DNA of 64,000 nt from Candidatus Latescibacterota bacterium (GCA_965221775.1 CBDCSU010000006.1:2272001-2336000), one strand, 5' to 3'. Counted from the stretch's first letter, positions 18,294 to 28,985 are shown. The notes: generated by a model not told the origin, from the letters alone. Numbers and translations are program-made.

Positions 18294-19307
18294 TCACGCG
18301 AGACCACGCGAGCAGGCCCCAGGCGGTCCCGGGGCCTGGAACCGTTCGCCGGCGGGCCTCAGCTCCTCCGGCGGCCGGCAATAGAGGCTGATCCGCGAAA
18401 GCTCGACGGGGTGGCCGCAGCTGACCTGCATGGCGTGCAGGTGGTAGCCCATGTCTCCGGGCCGCGGCGGCTCCTGCCCGGCCGCCGGCGGTCGGGGCCG
18501 GCCTCCCGCGACGTAGAGCGGTTCCCCCACCAGCGGAAACCCCGCCGCCGCCAGATGAATGCGGATCTGGTGCGGCCGTCCGGTGGGGATCTCCACCTCC
18601 ACCAGAGTGGCGCCGTCGGCGGGGCGGCGCTCGACCACCCGGACGTGGGAGACGGCCGGCCGCCCGTCGGGGTTGGCGGCGAAGACCTGGCCGGGATGGG
18701 AATGGGCCACGGGTCCGATGGGTGTCTCCACCGAGAACCGGTCCTCCATGCCGAGGCCCTGCACGAGGGCGCGGTAGAGCTTGTGGACGCGGCGGTTCTC
18801 GAAGGCGGCCGCCAGTCCCCGGCGCGCCTCCGCCGAGCGCGCGAAGAGCACGATCCCCGAGGTGCCGCGGCCCAGCCGGTGGGCCGGCGCCGGATGTCCT
18901 CCCAGCCGTTCCCGAACCGCGTGCAGAAGGGTGTTCTCCAGGAACTCGGCCGCCGGCAGGACCTGCAGCCCCGGCGGCTTGGCCACGGCGAGCAGGTCGC
19001 CGTCGTCCCGGATCACGTCGAAGCTGCGGGGCGCGGGGGGCTCGGTCCAGGGGGGGCGGTGGTACTCCAGCCGCTGGCCGGAGCGCAGCCGCGCCTCGGG
19101 ACCGATCCGTCCATCAGGGCCGCGGATCCGGCCCTCCTCCAGCCGCCGGCGCCACTGCGCCTCGGAGGAGTGCGGGTAGCGGCGCACGTAGAAGTCGAGC
19201 GCTTTCCAGCCGGCCGCCTCCGCGTCCACGGCGTCCGGGTAGACCCATCCGCGGTTGCGGCGGCGGCTCCATCCCGGCCTGTCGGCGGTTGACTCCAGGG
19301 AGTTCAA
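18294..19307 (-). CDS. RluA family pseudouridine synthase
   Basis: AKPPGL, AHRLGRGTSG, TGRPHQIRIHLA, YHLHA. Confidence 0.9.
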   Translation of the reverse strand: MNSLESTADRPGWSRRRNRGWVYPDAVDAEAAGWKALDFYVRRYPHSSEAQWRRRLEEGRIRGPDGRIGPEARLRSGQRLEYHRPPWTEPPAPRSFDVIRDDGDLLAVAKPPGLQVLPAAEFLENTLLHAVRERLGGHPAPAHRLGRGTSGIVLFARSAEARRGLAAAFENRRVHKLYRALVQGLGMEDRFSVETPIGPVAHSHPGQVFAANPDGRPAVSHVRVVERRPADGATLVEVEIPTGRPHQIRIHLAAAGFPLVGEPLYVAGGRPRPPAAGQEPPRPGDMGYHLHAMQVSCGHPVELSRISLYCRPPEELRPAGERFQAPGPPGACSRGLA

Positions 19308-19308
19308 G

Positions 19309-19347
19309 AGTTAGTATTTATTGGTTATTTTGGAATAATTATTGATT
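19309..19347 (+). promoter_or_regulatory. Tandem ARG-box-like operator
   Basis: TTGGAATAATTATTGATT (19330-19347) has 2 mismatches to WNTGAATAAWWATNCANW; a weaker box (19309-19326) lies 3 bp upstream; both directly precede argC. Confidence 0.55.
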
Positions 19348-19360
19348 CGCGGAGCGCCCC

Positions 19361-20335
19361 GTGAGCCGCCCCACGATCTTCATCGACGGCCAGGAAGGTA
19401 CGACGGGCCTGCGCATCCGCGAGCTGCTGGCAGGACGCGCCGATCTCGACCTGCGCCTGATCCGCGACGAGGACCGCAAGGATCTGGGAGCGCGGCACCG
19501 CCTCCTGAACGAGGCCGACGTCGCCATCCTGTGCCTGCCGGACGCCGCCGCCGCCGAGGCCCTGGAGCTGCTGACTCCCGGCTCGGGCACCCGCGTCATC
19601 GACACCAGCACCGTCCGGCGCGTCGACCCCGGCTGGGTCTACGGCCTCCCGGAGCTGTCCCCGGGGCAGCGCCAGGCGATCCGCTCGGCGCCCCGGGTGG
19701 CCAACTGCGGATGCTACCCCGTGGGCTTCATCCTCGCGGTGCGTCCGCTGATCGAGGCCGGTCTCCTCGACGCCGCCACGCCCCTCACCGTCAACGCCGT
19801 CTCCGGCTACTCCGGCGGCGGCCGGCGCATGATCGAGGAGTACCGGGACCGCCCCGGCGCCGACGGCGAGGCGGGTTTCCCCATGTGCCTGTACGGCCTC
19901 GAGGGCGATCACAAGCACCTGGCGGAGATGCAGCGCTTCAGCCTCAGCGAGCACCCTCCCCTGTTCGTTCCCTCCGTGGACCACGCCTTCTGCGGCATGC
20001 TCACCAGCACCCCCGTTCCCGCCGCGGCCTGGCGCCGGACGGGTACGACGGCGGCCGAGGTCTTCGAGGTGTGGGCGGAACGCTATGCCGGGGAGCCCTT
20101 CGTCCAGCCCGTCGATCCCGCCGAGGCGCCGGACCATCTGCGCGGCGGCAGGTTTCTCGATCTCGGAGGCGCCAATCTCACGAACCGCCTCGACCTCTTC
20201 GTCTTCGGCCGTCCGGAAATCGGACTCGTGCTGGTGGGGAGGGAGGACAACCTCGGCAAGGGGGCCTCGGGCAACGCCGTGCAGTGTCTGAACCTGATGC
20301 TGGGCGTGGACGAGACCACCGGGCTGACGGCCTGA
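19361..20335 (+). CDS. argC: N-acetyl-gamma-glutamyl-phosphate reductase (type 2)
   Basis: IFIDGQEGTTGLRI, ANCGCYP, SGYSGGG, DNLGKGASGNAVQ. Confidence 0.95.
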   Translation: MSRPTIFIDGQEGTTGLRIRELLAGRADLDLRLIRDEDRKDLGARHRLLNEADVAILCLPDAAAAEALELLTPGSGTRVIDTSTVRRVDPGWVYGLPELSPGQRQAIRSAPRVANCGCYPVGFILAVRPLIEAGLLDAATPLTVNAVSGYSGGGRRMIEEYRDRPGADGEAGFPMCLYGLEGDHKHLAEMQRFSLSEHPPLFVPSVDHAFCGMLTSTPVPAAAWRRTGTTAAEVFEVWAERYAGEPFVQPVDPAEAPDHLRGGRFLDLGGANLTNRLDLFVFGRPEIGLVLVGREDNLGKGASGNAVQCLNLMLGVDETTGLTA

Positions 20336-20338
20336 CCC

Positions 20339-21100
20339 GTGGCCCTGTCTCTCACCGACAGCCACTGCCACCTCGATCAGTTCGACCCCCCGGAGTCCGC
20401 CCTCGAGGAAGCGGCGGAGGCCGGCGTCGATCGCCTCGTCGCCGTCGCCCAGGACGCGGCCTCCATGGAGGCCGTCCTCGACCTGGCCGGCCGCTTCCCC
20501 GGCCGCGTCATCCCGGGCCTGGGGGTCCATCCGGTGGAGGTGACCCGGCGCGGGCTGGCGGGGGTCGAGCCCGACCTGGAGCTGCTCGCAGCCCGCCTGG
20601 CGGAAGCCGCCGTCGTCGGCGAGACGGGTCTGGACCACAAGTGGGCGGTCACCCCCGATCAGCAGGCCGAGCAGACCCGGGCCCTGGAGCGCCACTTCGA
20701 GCTGGCCCACCGCCACCGCAAGCCGGTGAACCTGCATTCGCGGCGCTGTCCTCGGCAGGTGATGGAGGCCGCCGCCGCCTTCCACCGGGACACGGGTCTG
20801 AACGCCCAGCTGCACTGGTTCACCCACTCGAAGAAGCTCGTGCGCATCTGCAACGACGAAGGGCTCTTCATCTCGGTGGGACCCTCCGTGATCTCGGACC
20901 CGGCCGCCGCCGGGGTGGCCCGTGAGATCGACGACAACCTGATTCTGCTCGAGACCGACGCCCCGGTGCCGGTGGGAGGAGCGGCCGGTCACCCGCGCAG
21001 GGCGCGGGAGGTGGCCGAGGAACTTGCCCGCCTCAAGGGCGTCGACATCGAGGAACTCGCCGTCCGCCTGGAGCGCAACCGGGTCCGCTATCTCGGTTGA
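20339..21100 (+). CDS. TatD family hydrolase
   Basis: DSHCHL, GVHP, VGETGLD, HSR, LLETDAP. Confidence 0.9.
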   Translation: MALSLTDSHCHLDQFDPPESALEEAAEAGVDRLVAVAQDAASMEAVLDLAGRFPGRVIPGLGVHPVEVTRRGLAGVEPDLELLAARLAEAAVVGETGLDHKWAVTPDQQAEQTRALERHFELAHRHRKPVNLHSRRCPRQVMEAAAAFHRDTGLNAQLHWFTHSKKLVRICNDEGLFISVGPSVISDPAAAGVAREIDDNLILLETDAPVPVGGAAGHPRRAREVAEELARLKGVDIEELAVRLERNRVRYLG

Positions 21101-21124
21101 CATCGGCCTTCCGGGGAACCTCTC

Positions 21125-22498
21125 GTGAGACGAATCTGCACCATGGGCAGCGGCTACGTCGGCCTGGTGACGAGCGCCTGCCTAGCCGATCTCGGCAACG
21201 CCGTCGTCTGCGTCGACATCGACGACAGCCGGGTCGAGCGGCTGCGCGATGGCCACCTGCCGATCTACGAGCCGGGCCTCGAGGAGCTCGTGGGCCGCAA
21301 CCGGGAACGCGGAAGGCTCACTTTCTCCGCCGACGTCGCCTTTGCCGTCAAGTCGTCCGAGATCGTCTTCATCTGCGTCGGCACGCCCTCCCTGGCGACG
21401 GGGGAGGTGGACATGTCGTGCGTCCATGAGGCGGCGCGTTCCATCGGGCGCTACGCGGAGGACTACAAGATCGTCGTCAACAAGTCCACGGTCCCCGTGG
21501 GCACCGGCGGCGAGGTGGGGTCGATCATCGCCGCGGAGCGGCCGGAGGCCGACGTGGACGTCGTCTCCAACCCCGAGTTCCTGCGCGAGGGGTCGGCCAT
21601 CGACGACTTCCTGCATCCTGACCGGGTCGTCATCGGCGCATCCAGCCGGCGCGCCAGGGACGCCGTCATCGACCTCTACCGGCCCCTCTACGAGCGCGAC
21701 GTGCCCATGGTCCTCACCGACCTGCAGAGCGCGGAGATGATCAAGTACGCCTCCAACGCGATGCTGGCGGCGAAGATCTCCTTCATCAACGAGATCGCCC
21801 GCCTGTGCGAGGCCTGCGATGCGGACGTGACCGCCGTGGCCCGGGGCATGGGCCTCGACGACCGCATCGGTCCCCGCAATCTCGGCGCCGGCGCCGGCTA
21901 CGGAGGCAGCTGCTTCCCGAAGGACGTGCAGGGCCTGGCGGCGACGGCGCGCGAGAAGGGGGTGGACGCCCCGGTGCTGCAGGCCATCGACGGCAGCAAC
22001 GCCATGCAGCGCCGGCGCATGGTCGGCAAGCTGCGCGGTCTGCTGGGCGGCTTCGAGGGCCGCACGGTCTGCCTGCTGGGACTCTCCTTCAAGCCCGACA
22101 CCGACGACATCCGCGAGGCGCCGGCCCTCGAGATGGCCGAGACCTTGCTGCGCGAGGGCGCCGCGGTGCGGGCCTACGACCCGGCCGCCATGGACCGCGC
22201 CACGGCGATGCTCCCGGCCCTGGGCTGTTGCGGCGATCCCTACGGCGCCGCGGAGGGGGCCGATGCCCTGGTGCTGATGACGGAGTGGAACGAGTTCCGC
22301 AACCTCGACTGGCCGCGCATCCGGGCGGTTCTCGCGGCGCCGAGGCTGCTGGACTGCCGCAACCTCTACGACCCGCGGGAGATGGCCGGGCTCGGCTTCG
22401 AATACGTCAGCGTCGGCCGTCCGGATCCCGGTCCCGGCGAGGACGCGCCCGACGCGAGGGGGCGGGTCCAGCCGGGGCGCCTGGCCCCGGTGGGCTGA
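21125..22498 (+). CDS. ugd: UDP-glucose 6-dehydrogenase
   Basis: GSGYVGL, KSTVPVGT, SNPEFLREG, GYGGSCFPKD, FKPDTDDIRE. Confidence 0.95.
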   Translation: MRRICTMGSGYVGLVTSACLADLGNAVVCVDIDDSRVERLRDGHLPIYEPGLEELVGRNRERGRLTFSADVAFAVKSSEIVFICVGTPSLATGEVDMSCVHEAARSIGRYAEDYKIVVNKSTVPVGTGGEVGSIIAAERPEADVDVVSNPEFLREGSAIDDFLHPDRVVIGASSRRARDAVIDLYRPLYERDVPMVLTDLQSAEMIKYASNAMLAAKISFINEIARLCEACDADVTAVARGMGLDDRIGPRNLGAGAGYGGSCFPKDVQGLAATAREKGVDAPVLQAIDGSNAMQRRRMVGKLRGLLGGFEGRTVCLLGLSFKPDTDDIREAPALEMAETLLREGAAVRAYDPAAMDRATAMLPALGCCGDPYGAAEGADALVLMTEWNEFRNLDWPRIRAVLAAPRLLDCRNLYDPREMAGLGFEYVSVGRPDPGPGEDAPDARGRVQPGRLAPVG

Positions 22499-22500
22499 AG

Positions 22501-23514
22501 ATGGGCAGATCCCTGCTGATCACGGGCGGCTGCGGCTTCATCGGGGCCAACTTCGTGCGCCGCGTGCTGCGCGAGCACGCCGACTACGAGGTCGTCAACC
22601 TCGACAAGCTGACCTACGCCGGGAACCCGGCCAACCTGAGCGACATCGAGGCGGACCCGCGCTACCGGTTCGTCCACGGCGATATCTGCGACGCCGGCGT
22701 GGTGGACCCCTTGGTGGCGGAGGCCGACTGGGTCGTCAACTTCGCCGCCGAGAGTCACGTGGACCGCAGCATCCTGGGCAGCGCCGACTTCCTGAGCACC
22801 AACGTCCACGGAACCTACGTGCTCCTCGACGCGGCGCGCCGCCACGGCGTCGAGCGCTATCACCAGGTCAGCACCGACGAGGTCTATGGCAGTATCGACG
22901 AGGGCGCCTGGGACGAGGCCGAGCCCCTGGAGCCGCGGAACCCGTACTCGGCGACCAAGGCCAGCGCCGACCTGCTGGTCCGCGCCTTCAACGTCAGTCA
23001 CGGCGTGCCCACCCTGATCACCCGGGCTTCCAACACCATCGGCCCCTACCAGTATCCCGAGAAACGGGTGCCGCTCTTCATCACCAACGCCATGGACAAC
23101 CTGCCCCTGCCGGTCTACGGCAACGGGCTCCAGGTGCGCGATCATCTCTACGTGGACGATCACTGCGCGGCCATCGAACGGGTGCTCCATCACGGCGAGC
23201 CCGGACAGGTGTACAACGTGGGCGGGGAGAACGAGGCCACCGGCATCGAGGTGGCGCAGGCGATCCTCAGGCGGCTGGGCAAGTCGGAGGGGCTGTTGCA
23301 GTTCGTCGAGGACCGCGCCGGCCACGACCTGCGCTATGCCCTCGACTCGAGCCGGATCCGTCGCCTGGGATGGTCCCCGGCGGTCAGCGTCGAGGAGGCC
23401 ATGGACCGCACCGTGCAGTGGTACGTCGATCACGAGTCCTGGTGGCGGGAGATCCGCAACCGGGATGACTACAGGGCCTACTACCTGCGCCAGTACGGGG
23501 GGCGGCTCAATTGA
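22501..23514 (+). CDS. rfbB: dTDP-glucose 4,6-dehydratase
   Basis: ATG 22501; [47 protein letters not shown]. Confidence 0.95.
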   Translation: MGRSLLITGGCGFIGANFVRRVLREHADYEVVNLDKLTYAGNPANLSDIEADPRYRFVHGDICDAGVVDPLVAEADWVVNFAAESHVDRSILGSADFLSTNVHGTYVLLDAARRHGVERYHQVSTDEVYGSIDEGAWDEAEPLEPRNPYSATKASADLLVRAFNVSHGVPTLITRASNTIGPYQYPEKRVPLFITNAMDNLPLPVYGNGLQVRDHLYVDDHCAAIERVLHHGEPGQVYNVGGENEATGIEVAQAILRRLGKSEGLLQFVEDRAGHDLRYALDSSRIRRLGWSPAVSVEEAMDRTVQWYVDHESWWREIRNRDDYRAYYLRQYGGRLN

Positions 23515-23572
23515 CCACCGGCGCCGGTGGCGGCGGCCCGCATCCGGCCCGCACGGGCCGCGGGGGATCTTC

Positions 23573-24019
23573 ATGAGCGGCGACCTGCGGATCCGCGTGA
23601 TCGTCGACTCCGGCCACGGCCCGCCCCGGTACGAGACCCCCCACAGCGCCGGCATGGACCTGCGCGCCCACCTGCGGGAGGGGATCGACCTCGCCCCCGG
23701 AGAGCGGGTCCTGGTGCCGACCGGCCTGCGGCTGCAGATACCGCCCGGGTACGAGGGCCAGGTGCGCCCCCGCAGCGGCCTGGCGCTGAAGCGCGGCCTC
23801 ACCGTCCTCAACGCGCCGGGCACGATCGACGCGGACTACCGCGGGGAGGTGGGGGTGATCCTCGTCAACCTGTCGGCGGAGCCGCAGCGGATCGAGCCGG
23901 GAGAGCGGGTCGCCCAGCTGGTGATCGCGCCGGTGACGCGCGCCTCCTGGGAGGAGGTGGACGAGCTGGACGAGTCGGAACGGGGCGGCGGCGGCTTCGG
24001 GTCGACGGGCGGAGGTTAG
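23573..24019 (+). CDS. dut: dUTP diphosphatase
   Basis: [33 protein letters not shown]. Confidence 0.97.
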   Translation: MSGDLRIRVIVDSGHGPPRYETPHSAGMDLRAHLREGIDLAPGERVLVPTGLRLQIPPGYEGQVRPRSGLALKRGLTVLNAPGTIDADYRGEVGVILVNLSAEPQRIEPGERVAQLVIAPVTRASWEEVDELDESERGGGGFGSTGGG

Positions 24020-24031
24020 CCCCCGCGGGCA

Positions 24032-24841
24032 TTACCCGTAGAACTTCTCCACGAGCGCAGGTTCCTTGTCACCCACGGTGGCGGGATTCAGCGCCCCGGG
24101 CCCGAAGACGACGGGAAAAGTCATCCCCGTGTCGAGGGTTCGGGTGCCGGCCTCCATGTAGGTGACGCTGAAGGCGCGCCGCGGTTGGTCGGTGGGATTC
24201 GTCCCCGACCGGTGCAGCAGCAGATTGTGCAGCAGGACCGCCTCTCCCGCTTCGGCCTCGAGGTGCTCCACCTTGCCGGGGGGCGCGTAGCGGGCCTCCT
24301 CCTCGGCCGACAGGAAGTGCCGCTCGTTGATGACGCCGTGAAGGTGGCTCCCCGGGACGATCTCCATCGCCCCGTTGGCCGCTGTCGCCTCGTCGAGGGC
24401 CGTCCACACGGTGAGGATGGGATTGCGGTCGATCCCCCAGCCGGCCCCCACGTCCTGATGCCAGGGCAGGGTCTGCTCCCAGCGGGCCGGCTTGTTCATG
24501 AACATGGACCGGAAGACGGAGACGGCCTCGCCGATGTAGCGCCGGCAGATCCGCTGAAACAAGGGGTGCTGCATGTAGGCCAGGAACAGGGGATCCTGCT
24601 CCAGGTCGTCGATGCGCCGGTACGACAGGGTCGCCGCCTCGTTCCCCAGCGTCCTCCGCAGCTTCCCGGTACCGGCTTCGAAGAGCTGCATCCGCATGTT
24701 GGTATAGCGGATCCGCCCGAGCATGAGGTCGTCGATCCGGCGCTGCAGGCCGGCCAGCTCCTCCGGCGCCGCCACCTTGCCCAGGCGCAGGTACCCCCGG
24801 GCGAGGAAGCCTTCGTGGTGGGTGTCGTCGAAGACGTTCAC
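24032..24841 (-). CDS. Phytanoyl-CoA dioxygenase (PhyH) family Fe(II)/2OG dioxygenase
   Basis: GTG 24841; FMNKP, WHQD, WTALD, NGAMEIVPGSH, HRSGTN..PRRA. Confidence 0.9.
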   Translation of the reverse strand: MNVFDDTHHEGFLARGYLRLGKVAAPEELAGLQRRIDDLMLGRIRYTNMRMQLFEAGTGKLRRTLGNEAATLSYRRIDDLEQDPLFLAYMQHPLFQRICRRYIGEAVSVFRSMFMNKPARWEQTLPWHQDVGAGWGIDRNPILTVWTALDEATAANGAMEIVPGSHLHGVINERHFLSAEEEARYAPPGKVEHLEAEAGEAVLLHNLLLHRSGTNPTDQPRRAFSVTYMEAGTRTLDTGMTFPVVFGPGALNPATVGDKEPALVEKFYG

Positions 24842-24884
24842 CGGGAGGGGGATGCGGAAGCCGGCGCGGCGAGGGCGCGGCGGG

Positions 24885-25172
24885 TCATCGAGGCCGGTTG
24901 GATCCCCCGCTGATGGCCGGCAGGAAGTGGACCTCGCTCGATGCCCCCACCTGCCGGCGCATGCCCTCGGCCGACACCTCGCCATCGACGGAGACGGCGA
25001 TGTCGGGGCGGATCCGGTCCCTCTCCTCGTCGACGATGCGCTGGCGGAAGCCGGGGTACTGCGTCTCGAGGGATTCGATCACCTGGCGGACGGTCTCACC
25101 CGCCACCTCGACCTGCTGCCGCCCGCCCGTGAGCTTGTCACGCCAGGGCGTGGGCACCCATACGGTCGGCAC
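24885..25172 (-). CDS. MoaD/ThiS family sulfur carrier
   Basis: C-terminal part of ORF 24885..26432 from GTG 25172; ubiquitin-like, ends VHFLPAISGG-SNRPR. Confidence 0.85.
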   Translation of the reverse strand: MPTVWVPTPWRDKLTGGRQQVEVAGETVRQVIESLETQYPGFRQRIVDEERDRIRPDIAVSVDGEVSAEGMRRQVGASSEVHFLPAISGGSNRPR

Positions 25173-25180
25173 GGATCGGC

Positions 25181-27493
25181 TCAGTCGCCCGCCGCCATGG
25201 AGATGGCGCCGGATCCGAGCCCCGCGGTGATGCGGTCCGGACGCATGGGCAACTCGTTGAGGGACACCCCGGTGGCGCTCTTGATCGCCGCCGCCAACGC
25301 CGCCGGCGGGGGAGCGATGGAGGCCTCGCCGACGCCGCGCACCCCGTAGGGATGCCCGGGATTGGGGACCTCGACGATGATCGTCTCGATCATCGGCAGG
25401 TCGAGGGTTGTGGGAATGCGGTAGTCGAGGAAGGTGGAGTTGGCCATCCGGCCGTCCTCGGTGTAGAAGTACTCCTCGTTGAGCCCCCATCCGATCCCCT
25501 GCACGCTGCCGCCCTGCATCTGGCCTTCCACGTAGCTGGGGTGGATGGCCTTGCCGGCGTCCTGGATCACGGTGAAGCGCAGCACCGTCGTCTTGCCGGT
25601 CTCCGGGTCGACCTCGACATCGGCGATATTGGCCGCGAAGGAGCCGCCCACCCCCGATTCGGGGTCCACCGACCCGCTGCCGACGACGGGGCCGCCGGTG
25701 TCGTCGATCTTGCCGGCAAGCTCGCGGAAGTGCATCGACTGGCTGCCGTCGGTGGTACGGAAGGCGCCGTCGGAGAACTCCACTTGGGCGGGATCGACCT
25801 CCCAGACCTTGGCGGCGCGCTCGATCATCTGGTCCTTCACGTCCTGGGCGGCCTCGTAGGCGGCCCAGCCGGTGGCGTAGGTGACGCGGCTGCCGCCGGT
25901 GACGTCGGTGTAGCCGATGGCGCTGGTGTCGCCCACGCTCGGGTTGATGTCCTCCGCCTCGAGACCGAGGGCCTCGGCGAACTGCATGGCCACCGAGGTA
26001 CGCGTGCCCCCGATATCGGTCGATCCCTCGACGAGCTGCACCGTGCCGTCGTTGTTGACGCTGGCCGTGACCGCCGACTTCAGGCCGACGTTGAACCAGT
26101 AGCCGAGGGCGATGCCGCGGCCCCGGTTCGGCCCTTCGAGGGTGGAGCGGTAGTGCTCGGAGTCGCGCAGGACCTCCAGGCACTCCCTGGCCCCGATGCG
26201 GGGATAGACGATGCCGTCGGAACGCCGGGTGCCCTCGACGGCGACGTTGTCGAGGCGGAACTCGACGGGGTCCTTGCCGAGCTTCTCGGCGAGCTCGTCC
26301 ATGGCCTTCTCCACGGCGAAGGCCACGTGGGTGGAGCCCGGGGCGCGGTAGGCGAAGGAGCGCGGCTTGTTGACGACCACGTCGAAGCTGTCGACCACGG
26401 CGTTGGGGAAGTCGTAGCAGGAGAAGACGCACATGGCGGCGGCGAAGACCGGTGAGCCGGGGTAGGCGCCGGCCTCGAAGGCGATCCAGGCCTCCCCGGC
26501 GGTGAGCTTGCCCGAGGTGTCGGCGCCGATCTTCACGCGCACGCAGGATCCCGGTGTGGGCCCCGTGCCCTCGAAGCAGTCGGCGCGGGTCATGATGATC
26601 TTCACCGGCTGGCCGGTCTCGCGCGACAGCAGGGCGGCGGCGGGCTCGAGGTAGCTGGGGATCTTGCCGCCGAAGCCGCCGCCGATCTCCTGGGGCACGA
26701 CGCGGACCTTGCCGACGGGCAGGCCGAGAATGGCGGCGATCTGCTTCTGGGCGGTGAAGGCGCCCTGGGTGCTGGTCCAGACGGTGAGATGTCCGTCCGG
26801 GCTCCAGGTGGCGGTGCCGTTGTGGGGCTCGATGTAGCCCTGGTGCACCGTCGCCGTGTGAACCTCGGCCTCGGCGGTGACGGCGGCCTCCTCGAAGCCC
26901 CTGGCCAGGTCGCCGAGCTCGTGGCGCATGTGCGAGGCGATGTTGCTGCGGCGGCCCGTGTCCTCGCCGAACTGCTGGGTCGTCATGTCCTCGTGCAGCA
27001 TCGGCGCGTCGTCGCGCATGGCGTCGAGGACGTCCACCGCCGGCGGCAGCACCTCGTAGTCGACCTCGATCAGGGCCAGGGCTTCCTCGGCGGCGTGCAG
27101 GGTGGTGGCCGCCACGGCCGCCACGGCATGGCCGCGGTAGAGCGCCTTGTCGGTGGCGAGCACGTTGTCGCGCATGTGCTTGATGCGCGCCGGGCCCTCG
27201 CCGAGGTCGACGATCTCGTCGTCCGAGGCCGGAGCCGGCAGGTCGGCGCCGGTGACGACGGCGCGCACGCCGGGCACCTGCGCGGCGCGGCTGGTGTCGA
27301 TGGAACGGATGCGGGCGTGGGCGTGCGGAGAGCGGAGCACCTGCCCGTAGAGCAGTCCCGGAAGGCGCACGTCGCCGCCGTAGACGGCTCGGCCAGTGAC
27401 CTTGTCGGTGCCGTCGTGGCGGATCGGACGCGTGCCGATCACGTTGTACTGCCGGTCGCCGAAATCGCGGATCTTGCCGTTGCCGTCAGCCAT
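25181..27493 (-). CDS. Xanthine dehydrogenase family molybdopterin-binding subunit
   Basis: [43 protein letters not shown]. Confidence 0.95.
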   Translation of the reverse strand: MADGNGKIRDFGDRQYNVIGTRPIRHDGTDKVTGRAVYGGDVRLPGLLYGQVLRSPHAHARIRSIDTSRAAQVPGVRAVVTGADLPAPASDDEIVDLGEGPARIKHMRDNVLATDKALYRGHAVAAVAATTLHAAEEALALIEVDYEVLPPAVDVLDAMRDDAPMLHEDMTTQQFGEDTGRRSNIASHMRHELGDLARGFEEAAVTAEAEVHTATVHQGYIEPHNGTATWSPDGHLTVWTSTQGAFTAQKQIAAILGLPVGKVRVVPQEIGGGFGGKIPSYLEPAAALLSRETGQPVKIIMTRADCFEGTGPTPGSCVRVKIGADTSGKLTAGEAWIAFEAGAYPGSPVFAAAMCVFSCYDFPNAVVDSFDVVVNKPRSFAYRAPGSTHVAFAVEKAMDELAEKLGKDPVEFRLDNVAVEGTRRSDGIVYPRIGARECLEVLRDSEHYRSTLEGPNRGRGIALGYWFNVGLKSAVTASVNNDGTVQLVEGSTDIGGTRTSVAMQFAEALGLEAEDINPSVGDTSAIGYTDVTGGSRVTYATGWAAYEAAQDVKDQMIERAAKVWEVDPAQVEFSDGAFRTTDGSQSMHFRELAGKIDDTGGPVVGSGSVDPESGVGGSFAANIADVEVDPETGKTTVLRFTVIQDAGKAIHPSYVEGQMQGGSVQGIGWGLNEEYFYTEDGRMANSTFLDYRIPTTLDLPMIETIIVEVPNPGHPYGVRGVGEASIAPPPAALAAAIKSATGVSLNELPMRPDRITAGLGSGAISMAAGD

Positions 27494-27561
27494 GGGTCAT
27501 TCCCCCGATTGCCAGGTAGGCAGCAAGCGGCGCCGGATCCTCCCGGGGATCCAGCGCCGGT

Positions 27562-28032
27562 TCAGTCGCTCTGATCCGCCGCGTCGAGAACGGCGCGGAC
27601 GATCTTGTCGTAGCCGGTGCAGCGGCAGAGGTTGCCCGCCAGCCAGTGGCGCACATCGTGCTCGCTCGGATTCGGATTGACGTCGAGGAGGGCCTTGCTC
27701 GCCACCAGGAACCCCGGCGTGCAGATGCCGCACTGGAGGCTGGCGTGCTCCAGGAACTTCCGCTGCAGCGGATGCAGTCCCTCGGCGCTGGCCAGTCCCT
27801 CGACGGTGGTGACCTCGGACCCATCCACCTCGGCCGCCAGGACCAGGCAGGAATCGACGAGCACGCCGTCGACCATGACGCTGCAGGCGCCGCAGTTGCC
27901 GTCGTTGCACCCTTCCTTGGTGCCGGTGAAGCCGAGATCCTCGCGCAGGACCTCCAGCAGGCTCTGGCGGGCCTCGCAGAGGAACTCCTCGGACTCCCCG
28001 TTGATCGTGCAGGAGACGTGTATCTTGCTCAT
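27562..28032 (-). CDS. 2x[2Fe-2S] small subunit (CoxS/XdhC-like)
   Basis: ATG 28032; GCNDGNCGACSV, QCGICTPG, NLCRCTGY. Confidence 0.95.
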   Translation of the reverse strand: MSKIHVSCTINGESEEFLCEARQSLLEVLREDLGFTGTKEGCNDGNCGACSVMVDGVLVDSCLVLAAEVDGSEVTTVEGLASAEGLHPLQRKFLEHASLQCGICTPGFLVASKALLDVNPNPSEHDVRHWLAGNLCRCTGYDKIVRAVLDAADQSD

Positions 28033-28061
28033 GTCTTGTGTGGTCCTCTCGGTCGGTCGGG

Positions 28062-28985
28062 TTACAGCGAGTACGCGGGATGGCCGTTTTCCTGCACGGC
28101 GTTGGGAACGAACTGACCTCGGGCGCGCTTGACCGCCCCGACCAGGGCGCGCCGGGTCAGGACCCCCACCAGGTGGGTGCGGTACTCGGCGGGCCCGCGC
28201 ATGTCGGAGATCGGGCGGGCCACGGCCTTGGCCGCCTCGCCGGCGGCGGCGATCGACTCTTCGGTCACCGGCTGCCCCTCGAGGCTGGCGCCGGCGGCGT
28301 CGGCGGAGAGCGGCGTCGGAGCCACCGCGCCGAGGGCGATGCGCACCTTCCTGAAGGTCTGCCCCCGCCCCCGGCCGGCCAGCTCGACGTAGGCCCCGGC
28401 GCCGACGACGGCGATGTCCATCTCGTTGCGGGGGATGAAGCGGAGGTAGTGGGCGCCGGAGTTCTTGCGGTTGAGGGGAACCTGGATCCCCACGAGCAAC
28501 TCCCCGGGCTGCAGCACGCTCTGCCCCGGGGCGGTGCAGAAGTCCTTGACCAGGACCCGGCGGCGGCCGTCGGGCCCGGCGATCTCGGCGCGGGCGCCGT
28601 AGGCGATCAGCGCGGGGATCGTGTCGGCGCTCGGCGAGGCGTTGCACAGATTGCCGCCGAAGGTCGCCCGCCCCTGGATCTGGATGCCGCCGATGATCGC
28701 CGCCGCGTCGACGATGCCGGGGTAGCGCTCGGCGATCTCGGCGTCGCCGTAGATGCGGTGGCAGGGGACGGCGGCGCCGATCCTCAGGCCCGCGCGCGGG
28801 CTGAGGCGCAGCTCGTTGAGCTCGGGCACCTTCTTGACGTCGACGACACGCTCGGGCTGCAGGCGGCGAATCCGCATCTGCACGATGAGGTCGGTGCCTC
28901 CCGCCAGCGGCCGGGCGTTGTCGTGGGAGAGCAGTTTCACCGCCTCGCGCAGGGTCTCGGGGGCGGCGTATTCGAAGTCCTTCAA
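28062..28985 (-). CDS. FAD-binding medium subunit (CoxM/XdhB-like)
   Basis: LAGGTDL, ATFGGNLCNASPSAD, PISDMRG.AEYR. Confidence 0.95.
   Translation of the reverse strand: MKDFEYAAPETLREAVKLLSHDNARPLAGGTDLIVQMRIRRLQPERVVDVKKVPELNELRLSPRAGLRIGAAVPCHRIYGDAEIAERYPGIVDAAAIIGGIQIQGRATFGGNLCNASPSADTIPALIAYGARAEIAGPDGRRRVLVKDFCTAPGQSVLQPGELLVGIQVPLNRKNSGAHYLRFIPRNEMDIAVVGAGAYVELAGRGRGQTFRKVRIALGAVAPTPLSADAAGASLEGQPVTEESIAAAGEAAKAVARPISDMRGPAEYRTHLVGVLTRRALVGAVKRARGQFVPNAVQENGHPAYSL

Noticed and set aside
25181-28985. Aerobic CO dehydrogenase coxMSL
   Set aside because: Active-site motif AYRAPG matches neither CODH form; no coxDEFG.
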